Positions 17,706 to 25,243 of a stretch of 42,535 bases of DNA are shown here, piece after piece. Within the stretch, counting starts at the first letter, position 1; every line of letters starts with the position of its first letter. Made by a program: the position numbers and the translations under genes. Origin of the DNA: a virus (taxonomy: Duplodnaviria; Caudoviricetes); IMG/VR virus record IMGVR_UViG_3300043409_001137, positions 1 through 42,535 of that record. The stretch is one strand, 5' to 3'. The notes under the pieces are model-generated. The model saw nothing but the letters and a program-made list of their open reading frames with translations. It made no database searches and was not told where the DNA came from.

Positions 17706-18010
17706 CGCAGAAATTCAGGGGCAACGCCCCGGTCACCGACGAGTGGATGCACCTGCACTCGTTCCGCTACGAGGACCTGGACTGGCGCCTGTTCTTTCGG
17801 GTCAAGGACCAGTCCGGCGGCTGGATCAGCGGCAAGCTGGTCGTCGACGGCAGGGCGCCGCGCAAGGCCAATTACTGGCTCGGCTGGCGGGATGGCCGGT
17901 TCGCCCGTACCCGGGACGCGGGGTCCCTGTACATCGGCAGGCAGGAGCTGTACGAGCAAGTCGAGAATTTCATCAACCAAGGACACACCAATGGCAACCC
18001 AAACGCTTAA
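17702..18010 (+). CDS. Hypothetical protein (102 aa)
   Basis: ATGA-coupled; GC3-rich codons. Confidence 0.7.
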   Translation: MTQKFRGNAPVTDEWMHLHSFRYEDLDWRLFFRVKDQSGGWISGKLVVDGRAPRKANYWLGWRDGRFARTRDAGSLYIGRQELYEQVENFINQGHTNGNPNA

Positions 18011-18257
18011 AACAGCCCCAGCAGCGCGAAAGCTGGCCCGGGTGGTACCCAAGCCCCAGCCAGAGCCTGCGGCGGCCCCTGTGGCCTCCACGGCCACCTA
18101 CCGCATGCCGGTGGACGTGGCGGACTGGATCGAGCAGGCGGAGAGCCGGCTGCGGCACGCCGCCACCGAGATCGCCCGGCTGAAGGAAGAGAACCGCCAG
18201 CTCAAGCACTCGAACCGCGTCATGGAACAGCGCGTCATGGGGCGCAGCGATGATTGA
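17991..18257 (+). CDS. Hypothetical coiled-coil protein (88 aa)
   Basis: AAGGA RBS before ATG 17991 (MATQTLK). Confidence 0.7.
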   Translation: MATQTLKTAPAARKLARVVPKPQPEPAAAPVASTATYRMPVDVADWIEQAESRLRHAATEIARLKEENRQLKHSNRVMEQRVMGRSDD

Positions 18258-18468
18258 AATAGAAGACGACTCAACCCCGGCGCGCGACGCGGCTCGGTTC
18301 CGTTACCTGAGCCAGCGCGTGGTGGCGATTCAGTACGGCGACCGGGTCGGCATGGCGGTCGACACCCGGGACCTGGAGGGCGTCGAGTTCCCGGAGACAC
18401 CGACGTTCCGGGAACTGGTCGACGCGATGATGACAAATTCTGTGGACCGAACAACGAAAGGACACTAA
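18250..18468 (+). CDS. Hypothetical protein (72 aa)
   Basis: DAARFRYL...VDAMM pattern common in small phage proteins; overlaps the upstream stop. Confidence 0.65.
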   Translation: MIEIEDDSTPARDAARFRYLSQRVVAIQYGDRVGMAVDTRDLEGVEFPETPTFRELVDAMMTNSVDRTTKGH

Positions 18469-18469
18469 C

Positions 18470-18745
18470 GTGGAACTGACACAGTGGTTTGACCCCGACG
18501 AGAAGCCGACCCGCACCGGGTGGTACGACACCCGGTGGTTTGCGGGCGACCGGTTTACCGAGAATCGACTTTGGTGGCGGAAGGGCTGGCGTCTGGATTC
18601 GCGCAGCCCGCTCTTGCCGAATCAGCACAGGCCGTGGCTGGGTTTGCGGCCAACGGATGCCGAACTGGAGCGTCGCACCGGGGAGCCACACATCGACGGG
18701 TACCCACTGCAAAGCGGGTTACCGCCGGCAAAGGAGAAGACATGA
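18470..18745 (+). CDS. Hypothetical Trp-rich protein (91 aa)
   Basis: AAGGA RBS with GTG start; TQWF...KP.RTGWY...WLGL. Confidence 0.65.
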   Translation: MELTQWFDPDEKPTRTGWYDTRWFAGDRFTENRLWWRKGWRLDSRSPLLPNQHRPWLGLRPTDAELERRTGEPHIDGYPLQSGLPPAKEKT

Positions 18746-18942
18746 CCGAGACCGAACGCGAGCTCGACCTCATGTTGGGGGACGCGCTCACCGAGAACGA
18801 ACGCCTCCGGAAGCGACTTCAGTACCAGGAGGACAGGGACGGGTGGATCGGCACCCACAACCCCGATTGCTGGAGCTACGGCCCCCGGCACTACGAGTGC
18901 GCGCTGCGGCGCATCAAGGAGCTCGAACGTGCTGCGACTTGA
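18742..18942 (+). CDS. Hypothetical protein with THxxxCW...HYEC motif (66 aa)
   Basis: AAGGAG RBS; ATGA overlap. Confidence 0.7.
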   Translation: MTETERELDLMLGDALTENERLRKRLQYQEDRDGWIGTHNPDCWSYGPRHYECALRRIKELERAAT

Positions 18943-19378
18943 GACGCGGCTGCTGGTGGACCTCGCCGGGTCACTGGCGGGGGACTACCCCCAGGGCGTC
19001 AAGTGCGAGACCCTGGCAACGCGGATGGCGATCCGGCACGACCACTGCGGCAAGATTCTGCATCTGGCGCGCAAGGCCGGCCTGATCGACATCTCGGGCA
19101 GCGGCGTGGCGGCGCGGTGGGGCACCTTGGCGATCGTGGCCGAGCTCAACACGGCGTACTGGACCCGCAACCGGCTGCGGGGCAAGAAGGCGCGCGAGGC
19201 CAAGGTGGCACGCGAGCAGGCCCGGCTCGACGCGGCAGAGCTGGCGCCCAGGCGTAAGGCCCCGTTGTTCACGGTGCGCGCGCCTAACAGCGTCTGGCAG
19301 CTCGGTGAGTTCATGGACTTGCCACCGATCGAAATCCAACGCAAAAAGAAGTTGCACAAGGCTCAAACTTCAAGTTAG
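18929..19378 (+). CDS. Hypothetical protein, possible winged-helix DNA-binding (149 aa)
   Basis: AAGGAG RBS with GTG start; TLATRMAI...KILHLARKAGLI; PNSVWQL tail. Confidence 0.55.
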   Translation: MLRLETRLLVDLAGSLAGDYPQGVKCETLATRMAIRHDHCGKILHLARKAGLIDISGSGVAARWGTLAIVAELNTAYWTRNRLRGKKAREAKVAREQARLDAAELAPRRKAPLFTVRAPNSVWQLGEFMDLPPIEIQRKKKLHKAQTSS

Positions 19379-19409
19379 AATCTCTACATCAGCAACGGAG
19401 ATCGACATG
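19352..19409 (+). promoter_or_regulatory. Early promoter/leader repeat, copy 2
   Basis: TTGCAC-18 bp-TAGAAT; AACTT-C-AAGTT palindrome; CTCTACATCAGCAACGGAGATCGACATG. Confidence 0.85.
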
Positions 19410-19877
19410 AGCAGCACCATCCCTGGCAAGACAGACACGACCATCAAGACCGGCGCCCCCGCCGGCGACCGCCTCCTCGAGGCAATCTTTGGCGATCGCG
19501 TCGGCGATGGCCTGAGCGATGCCGAGCGGGCGATGAACGCCCGCCGGGCGGTCTGGGCCGCCGAGGACGCGGCCAAGGCCGCTGCCCAGGCTGCCGCCGA
19601 TGCGGCACGCGCAGCCGCCCAGGCTGCCGTAGAGGCCGCCAAGGCCGACGCCGCCGTCACCGCTGCTACGGTAGCCGACCGTGTCCGCAAAGCGGCGGCA
19701 GTGCTGGTCGCCGAGGGCTCAGTCGAGTGGTCACGGACCGAGACGATCGTGGCGTTCCGGACCGGCTATCGCGGCTCGGACACGCTGGTCAAGGCATGCG
19801 GGATCCTGGCCGCCGAGCTGGACGCTTGCGACGACCGCGTCGAAGACATCGTGGCCGAGTGCTACGGCCTGATCTAA
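19407..19877 (+). CDS. Hypothetical Ala-rich early protein (156 aa)
   Basis: ATG is part of the repeated leader; GGAG RBS. Confidence 0.75.
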   Translation: MSSTIPGKTDTTIKTGAPAGDRLLEAIFGDRVGDGLSDAERAMNARRAVWAAEDAAKAAAQAAADAARAAAQAAVEAAKADAAVTAATVADRVRKAAAVLVAEGSVEWSRTETIVAFRTGYRGSDTLVKACGILAAELDACDDRVEDIVAECYGLI

Positions 19878-19894
19878 ACCTAAAGGAGAGCAGC

Positions 19895-20242
19895 ATGGCA
19901 TACGTTCAATACGACGACGAGAAAGAAAGCTTCGAGATGTACCGGGTGTCCGACGACGCCCGGATCTTCGCCCCGGAGTACCGGGCGGCGATCGAGAAGG
20001 CCCGCGAGGCCCTGGGCAACTTCCTGGAGTGCGCCTGGGAATTCCGCGATGAGATCAGCGACGAGGGCCTGCTGGTCACGCGCTTTGACGAGATCGCTGA
20101 CGCCATCGCCAAGGCAGCCGCGTTGCCGCTGTACATCGTCGGCGAGTGCCTGACCGTGATCGTCGGCGTCACCCTGCCCGACACCGAAGAGTACGAAGAC
20201 GATATCCACGACAACCTTGTCCGCTACTTCCTGGAGGATTGA
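19895..20242 (+). CDS. Hypothetical acidic protein (115 aa)
   Basis: AAGGAGAGCAGC-ATG; very Asp/Glu-rich. Confidence 0.75.
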   Translation: MAYVQYDDEKESFEMYRVSDDARIFAPEYRAAIEKAREALGNFLECAWEFRDEISDEGLLVTRFDEIADAIAKAAALPLYIVGECLTVIVGVTLPDTEEYEDDIHDNLVRYFLED

Positions 20243-20243
20243 A

Positions 20244-20513
20244 ATGAACCGCACCCACACCGAGAACGAGCTCGCTGCCTACGTGGCGGGCGACACCCTT
20301 GCAACCGGCCTGCACGCCGCCCTGGCGGACCAGGAGGCCGAGCTCGACCGCATGCGCTACCTGCTCAAGGAGGCGGTAGACACGCTGCGCTACATCAGCG
20401 CTCACCGCAAGCACGCGGAAACGCTTGTCGACCTTGCCGAGACGCTCGAAGGCGTCGCTGACGTGTGGCTGTTCGACCACGCGGTCGAGGCCGACAACCT
20501 GACCGGGTCCTGA
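20244..20513 (+). CDS. Hypothetical protein (89 aa)
   Basis: GGAGG RBS; ATG 20244. Confidence 0.7.
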   Translation: MNRTHTENELAAYVAGDTLATGLHAALADQEAELDRMRYLLKEAVDTLRYISAHRKHAETLVDLAETLEGVADVWLFDHAVEADNLTGS

Positions 20514-20539
20514 AAATAGTTGAAGAAAAAGCCCCACGG

Positions 20540-20594
20540 GGCTCAAACTTGAAGTTAGAATCTCTACATCAGCAACGCAACGGAGATCGACATG
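20540..20594 (+). promoter_or_regulatory. Early promoter/leader repeat, copy 3
   Basis: Matches copy 2 at 35 of 36 nt over 20541-20576; carries an extra GCAAC duplication before GGAGATCGACATG. Confidence 0.85.
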
Positions 20595-21320
20595 GCCCAA
20601 CTCTTCACCCGCACCGGCACCGCCCGCACCGCCAACTGCACTGGCGGCTACAGCTACACGTCGAAGTGCACCCGCTGCGGTGGCGCTGGTGGCCGCCCGG
20701 AATGGAACCACAGCGGCTATGTCTGTTTCTTGTGCGGCGGCTCCGGCGTCGGCAAGGTTAAGGTCGACAAGCTCTACACCCCCGAGCAGAACGCCAAGCT
20801 CGACGCCACCGCAGTCAAACGCGCTGAGGCGTCGACCGCCAAGGCCAACGTTATCCACGCCGCCCGCGAGGCCGAGCTGGTCGCCCAGCGCGCGGCCTTC
20901 GTGGCCGACAACGCCGAGTTCGTTGCCAAGCTGCGGGGCCTGGACGGCGACTTCTGGGTCGGCTTCCGCGAGTCCTTCCTGGCCCGCGCCAAGGCCCCCA
21001 CAGAGCGCCAGATCGCCCTGGTCGATGCCGAGGTCGCCAAGCGTGCCAAGGCCCCCAGCGCGCACGTCGGCGCGGTCGGCGACAAGGTCACCCTGACCCT
21101 GACCTGCGAGCGCGAGGTCCGCCTGGAGTCCCAGTTCGGTGTGAGCTGGATGAGCATCTGCCGCGACGCAGCCGGCAACGTGGTCATCTACAAGGGCAAC
21201 GCCCAGTTCCTGGGCCTGGACGAGACCGGCGAGGTCAAGGCCACGATCAAGGACCACGCGGTCTACAACGGCGTGGCGCAAACCATGATCATGCGCCCCA
21301 AGGTCACGCAGGCAGCGTAA
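20592..21320 (+). CDS. Hypothetical protein with CxxCxGxG zinc finger and probable C-terminal OB-like domain (242 aa)
   Basis: CTRCGGAG and CFLCGGSG; beta-rich C-terminus HVGAVGDKVT...VKATIKDH. Confidence 0.75.
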   Translation: MAQLFTRTGTARTANCTGGYSYTSKCTRCGGAGGRPEWNHSGYVCFLCGGSGVGKVKVDKLYTPEQNAKLDATAVKRAEASTAKANVIHAAREAELVAQRAAFVADNAEFVAKLRGLDGDFWVGFRESFLARAKAPTERQIALVDAEVAKRAKAPSAHVGAVGDKVTLTLTCEREVRLESQFGVSWMSICRDAAGNVVIYKGNAQFLGLDETGEVKATIKDHAVYNGVAQTMIMRPKVTQAA

Positions 21321-21327
21321 AAAATTT

Positions 21328-21384
21328 ACCCGGGGACTCAAACCCCGGGTTACAATCTCTACTTCAGCAACGGAGATCGACATG
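21328..21384 (+). promoter_or_regulatory. Early promoter/leader repeat, copy 4
   Basis: AACCC-C-GGGTT palindrome; -10 TACAAT at 21351-21356; CTCTACTTCAGCAACGGAGATCGACATG. Confidence 0.85.
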
Positions 21385-21648
21385 GCTTACCGCCAAATGC
21401 ACCTCAACAAAGCCGGCAGCGGAATGGCTGCCAAGACCGCCTGCGGGCGCAACATCCTGCGCGCGCCGGTCTCGTGCGGCTGGGCCGGCTTCAAATTGAC
21501 CCCGGAAGACCAGCAGTGCGAGAAGTGCGCGGCCAGCAAACAGGCCGAGCTGAATGCTCGCCGCGACGCTGACCTCTGGGTCCCGGAGAGCCCGGACGCC
21601 TGGATGGTGGCCGACGACGCATTGATCGCAGCAAGGAGAGCAGCATGA
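21382..21648 (+). CDS. Hypothetical Cys/His-containing protein (88 aa)
   Basis: ATG is part of the repeated leader; H...TACG...CEKC. Confidence 0.75.
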   Translation: MAYRQMHLNKAGSGMAAKTACGRNILRAPVSCGWAGFKLTPEDQQCEKCAASKQAELNARRDADLWVPESPDAWMVADDALIAARRAA

Positions 21649-21812
21649 CCAACAACCAATTCAACGCCCTAATCAGCCAGGACATCCAGGCCCGCGTGGC
21701 CGCCGCCCAGGCCCGCTACGAGGCCGAGCTGGCCGACGAGGAGTACTTCGAGGCCGGCATGACGCCCGGCGAGCAGGCGTACTGGGACGCCATCGAAGGG
21801 GCAGCGCAATGA
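21645..21812 (+). CDS. Small acidic hypothetical protein (55 aa; not in ORF track)
   Basis: AAGGAGAGCAGC-ATG; MTNNQFNALISQDIQ...YWDAIEGAAQ. Confidence 0.7.
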   Translation: MTNNQFNALISQDIQARVAAAQARYEAELADEEYFEAGMTPGEQAYWDAIEGAAQ

Positions 21813-22057
21813 TGGTCCTTTCGCCCGCCTACGGGCGTGACTACGCGAACAAGGCGGCGGTCCGGGCCGACTGGGAGGCCGACAAGGACTTCATCGTCGC
21901 GAGCTACAGCGTCTGGACCGGCAAGCCGGTCAACCGCGCGCAGCTCGTCGAGGCGTCGGCCTGGGCCAGCAAGGCCATGCCCGAGCAGCCGCAGCGCGTC
22001 AGCATCCGTTACGCGCGACTGCGCAGGACCCTGGTCATCGACATAATTCCGAGATGA
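21809..22057 (+). CDS. Hypothetical protein with PAYGRDY motif (82 aa)
   Basis: ATGA-coupled at both ends. Confidence 0.7.
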   Translation: MMVLSPAYGRDYANKAAVRADWEADKDFIVASYSVWTGKPVNRAQLVEASAWASKAMPEQPQRVSIRYARLRRTLVIDIIPR

Positions 22058-22296
22058 CTGACGCCAAACGCATCGCCAAGCTGGAGGCCCAGGTCGAGGC
22101 GCTGCGCGCCCGCCTGGACGCCCGCACGACGCAGCTCACGCTCGTGCTGCTGCAGATCTCGGACATGACAGGGCAGCTCAAGGGGCCATTGCCCGAGGGC
22201 TACGAGCCCCATGAACTGCCGGCGGACTACACCGGCAAGCTCTGGATTGAAGGCCAGCTCCGGCAGCGTTTGCAAGGGGTGCTTGACGCGATGTAA
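22054..22296 (+). CDS. Hypothetical protein (80 aa)
   Basis: ATGA-coupled; N-terminal coiled coil. Confidence 0.65.
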   Translation: MTDAKRIAKLEAQVEALRARLDARTTQLTLVLLQISDMTGQLKGPLPEGYEPHELPADYTGKLWIEGQLRQRLQGVLDAM

Positions 22297-22299
22297 ACT
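22270..22299 (+). promoter_or_regulatory. Candidate sigma70 promoter for terS/late genes
   Basis: TTGCAA-18 bp-TAAACT, ending 7 nt before ATG 22307. Confidence 0.45.
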
Positions 22300-22306
22300 C
22301 GCGCGC

Positions 22307-22792
22307 ATGGCTACAAAAGGACGCCCCAAGGGCATAAGCAACTTCCCCAACAAGGCCGAGCTCAAGCTCGACGTTGCGGCCTGGATCGCATCGAGCAAGC
22401 CGCTGGCGCAATGGTGCGCATTGGCCGGGAGGCCGAGCGTAGTCACAATCTCCGATTGGCAGCGCGAAGACCCAGACTTCGCCTTAGCGTACGCACGCGC
22501 ACGGGATACCGGATACGAGATCATCGCGCAAGATTGCATGCGCCTGATCGATACTGAGCCGCTCGCCGTTCACGACGACCTGGGCAATAAGCGGTACGAC
22601 CCGGGCAGTATCTCGTGGCGCAAGAATCAAACCGACGTCCGCCTGCGCCTGCTTGCCTGCTGGGACCCCAAGAAGTACGGTTCGCGTCAGAATGTGACGG
22701 TGGACGACTCGAAGGTCGAGCACACAGTCAGCTTCGACATATTCGGCGAGCTGCTGAAGAACATGGCGCTCAAGCGTCAATCAGAGGAATAA
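22307..22792 (+). CDS. terS: Terminase small subunit
   Basis: GRP..; LAQWCALAGRPSVVTISDWQREDPDFALAYARAR HTH and PKKYG motif of Sf6 gp1-like TerS; start reassigned to ATG 22307. Confidence 0.8.
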   Translation: MATKGRPKGISNFPNKAELKLDVAAWIASSKPLAQWCALAGRPSVVTISDWQREDPDFALAYARARDTGYEIIAQDCMRLIDTEPLAVHDDLGNKRYDPGSISWRKNQTDVRLRLLACWDPKKYGSRQNVTVDDSKVEHTVSFDIFGELLKNMALKRQSEE

Positions 22793-22795
22793 CGG

Positions 22796-23029
22796 ATGGA
22801 TCCCCAGCACCTAATCGATATTGGACTGGGGATTACGTCCGCGGTCACCGGATGGTTTGCCCGCGAGCTCTGGGCGGCGGTGAAAGAGTTGAAGGCCGAC
22901 CTTGCCAAGCTGCGCGAGGACCTGCCGCGGACCTACGTGGCGCGCGACGACTACCGATCGGACATGCGCGAGATCAAGGAGATGCTCAACAAGATCTTCG
23001 ACCGGCTCGACGGCAAGGTTGACAAGTGA
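22796..23029 (+). CDS. Small membrane/coiled-coil lysis-associated protein (holin-like, 77 aa)
   Basis: N-terminal hydrophobic segment then coiled coil; directly upstream of the endolysin. Confidence 0.6.
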   Translation: MDPQHLIDIGLGITSAVTGWFARELWAAVKELKADLAKLREDLPRTYVARDDYRSDMREIKEMLNKIFDRLDGKVDK

Positions 23030-23445
23030 CGCTCACCGAACAACTCCGGCGTGACGAGGGCACCGAGTCCTGCGCCTACCAGGACAGCCTGGGCTACTGG
23101 ACGATCGGCGTCGGGCGCCTGATCGACGCGCGCAAGGGCGGCGGCCTGTCGAACGAAGAGATCGACTACTTGTTGGACAACGACATCAAGGCCAAGACCG
23201 CCGAGGTCCTGCGAGCCCTGCCGTGGGCTGCGAGGCTCTCAGAGCCCCGTAGAGCCGTTTTGGTGAACATGGCCTTCCAGATGGGCACCAAGGGCCTGCT
23301 GGCCTTCCGCAGGACCCTGGGCAGCGTTGAGGACGGCCACTACGGCGAGGCCGCGCTGGGCATGCTCGACAGCACCTGGGCGAAGCAGACGCCCGCCAGG
23401 GCGATGCGGCTCGCGACGCAGATGGAGACCGACAAGTGGCAGTAG
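23026..23445 (+). CDS. Endolysin, T4-lysozyme-like (GH24)
   Basis: DEG.....YQDSLGYWTIGVG gives the E-x8-D-x5-T catalytic triad; NMAFQMG; SxWAKQTP.RA. Confidence 0.92.
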   Translation: MTLTEQLRRDEGTESCAYQDSLGYWTIGVGRLIDARKGGGLSNEEIDYLLDNDIKAKTAEVLRALPWAARLSEPRRAVLVNMAFQMGTKGLLAFRRTLGSVEDGHYGEAALGMLDSTWAKQTPARAMRLATQMETDKWQ

Positions 23446-23816
23446 ATCCGCTGACCGCCGGCATCGAGCTCGCCACCGCAGCGATCGCCCGCATCTGGCC
23501 GGACAAGAGCGCAGCCGAGGCGGCGCAGCTTGCCGCTCAGGTGGCAATTGTCCAGGGCCAGCTCGACACCAACAAGGCCGAGGCGGCGAGCCCGAGCGCG
23601 TTCACGAGCGGCTGGCGCCCGGCGATCGGCTGGGTCTGCGCTGCGGCGCTGGCCGGCCAGTACGTCGCGCGGCCCCTGCTGCAGTGGGCCGGCATCATGA
23701 CCGGGCACGCATGGCCGGCGCTGCCGGGCATCGACAACAACCTCTGGGAGCTCATGCTCGGCATGCTCGGGCTCGGGGGCTTGCGCTCGCTGGAAAAAAT
23801 TAAGGGCGCCGCGTAA
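23436..23816 (+). CDS. Holin, 3-TM (GTA holin-like)
   Basis: SGWRPAIGWVC and LLGMLGLGGLRS.EK-type motifs. Confidence 0.8.
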   Translation: MAVDPLTAGIELATAAIARIWPDKSAAEAAQLAAQVAIVQGQLDTNKAEAASPSAFTSGWRPAIGWVCAAALAGQYVARPLLQWAGIMTGHAWPALPGIDNNLWELMLGMLGLGGLRSLEKIKGAA

Positions 23817-25234
23817 TGCTGGAGCTGCTCGAAGACCCGGCGGTCCTCAAGCAGTACTCGCAGCTACCCGCAGCGCAGCGGGCGGCGTTCGACTGGCGCG
23901 CGCGCTGGCTGATGCGGGCGCACAAGCACCAGATCGAGCCGCCGGGGGACTGGTGGAGCATCTGGCTGATGTGCGCGGGGCGCGGCGCCGGCAAGACCCG
24001 GGCAGCCGCCGAGACACTGGGCTGGTGGGCCTGGGAGCAGCCCAACACCCGCTGGCTGGTGTCGGCGCCCACCAGCTCTGACCTGCGCAGCACCTGCTAC
24101 GAGGGCGACAGCGGCCTGCTGGCGGTCATCCCGCCGGTGCTGGTGTCCAAGTACAACAGCACGCTGCACGAGCTCACGCTGACCAACGGCACGCTGATCA
24201 AGGGCATACCGGCATCGGAGCCCGAGCGGTTCCGGGGTCCGCAGTTCCACGGCGGCTGGCTCGACGAGCTCGCGGCCTGGGAGTACCTGCAGGAGAGCTG
24301 GGACATGATCCAGTTCGGCATCCGCCTGGGCACCCACACCAAGCTGATCGCGTCGACCACGCCCAAGCCCAAGGACGTGGTGATGGCGCTGATCGACCGA
24401 GACGGCGACGACGTGGCGGTCACGCGCGCGTCGACCTACGCGAACATCAAGAACCTCGCGCCATCGTTCCAGAAGCAGATCCTGCAGTACGAGGGCACGA
24501 AGCTGGGCCGTCAGGAGATCCACGCCGAGATCATCGACCCGGAAGAGGGCGGCATCGTCAAGCGGGACTGGTTCAAGCTCTGGCCGGCGGCCAAGCCCCT
24601 GCCCAAGTTCGAGTTCGTGCTGCAGAGCCTGGACTGCGCGACGAGCGAGAAGACGATCAACGACCCGACGGCGCACATCACGATCGGGATCTTCAAGCCC
24701 GAGGACGGCAGCATGTGCGCGCTGGTGGTGGACTGCTGGCAGGAGCACCTGCAGTACCCGGACCTGCGCCCCAAGGTGCTCGACGAGTACGAGACGGTGT
24801 ACGGCGAGGGCAAGAACAAGAAGCGCGTCGACCTGCTGCTGGTGGAGGACAAGAGCGCCGGCATCAGCTTGATCCAGGACCTGCAGCGCGCCGGCGTGCC
24901 CGTGCAAGCCTACAATCCGGGCCGGGCCGACAAGATCCAGCGCCTGTCAATCGTGTCGAACATCATCAAGGCCGGGCGTGTCTGGGTGCCCGAGAGCAGC
25001 AACAAGCGCGGGTTCGTGCGTGACTGGGCCGAGGGCATGATCAGCCAGATCTGCTCGTTCCCCGAGGGCACGGCGCACGACGACTTCGTGGACGCAATGA
25101 GCCAGGGCCTGCGCTACCTGCGCGACGCCGGCTGGCTGACGATCGACTACCCCAAGGACTGGCTGGACGAGGACGACTACGCGGACGCCGACAAGACGAG
25201 CAACAAGCGGCGGGGCAACCCGTACGACCAGTAG
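23816..25234 (+). CDS. terL: Terminase large subunit
   Basis: AGRGAGKT (Walker A), WLDE (Walker B), STTPK, RQEI, nuclease HDDFVDA. Confidence 0.95.
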   Translation: MLELLEDPAVLKQYSQLPAAQRAAFDWRARWLMRAHKHQIEPPGDWWSIWLMCAGRGAGKTRAAAETLGWWAWEQPNTRWLVSAPTSSDLRSTCYEGDSGLLAVIPPVLVSKYNSTLHELTLTNGTLIKGIPASEPERFRGPQFHGGWLDELAAWEYLQESWDMIQFGIRLGTHTKLIASTTPKPKDVVMALIDRDGDDVAVTRASTYANIKNLAPSFQKQILQYEGTKLGRQEIHAEIIDPEEGGIVKRDWFKLWPAAKPLPKFEFVLQSLDCATSEKTINDPTAHITIGIFKPEDGSMCALVVDCWQEHLQYPDLRPKVLDEYETVYGEGKNKKRVDLLLVEDKSAGISLIQDLQRAGVPVQAYNPGRADKIQRLSIVSNIIKAGRVWVPESSNKRGFVRDWAEGMISQICSFPEGTAHDDFVDAMSQGLRYLRDAGWLTIDYPKDWLDEDDYADADKTSNKRRGNPYDQ

Positions 25235-25243
25235 GGCACCACC

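Noticed and set aside
17011-21384. Repeated CTCTACATCAGCAAC units as a CRISPR array or integron attC sites
   Set aside because: Spacing is 0.8-2.4 kb with whole genes in between, there is no cas operon or integrase, and the repeats read as -10 box plus leader plus RBS.
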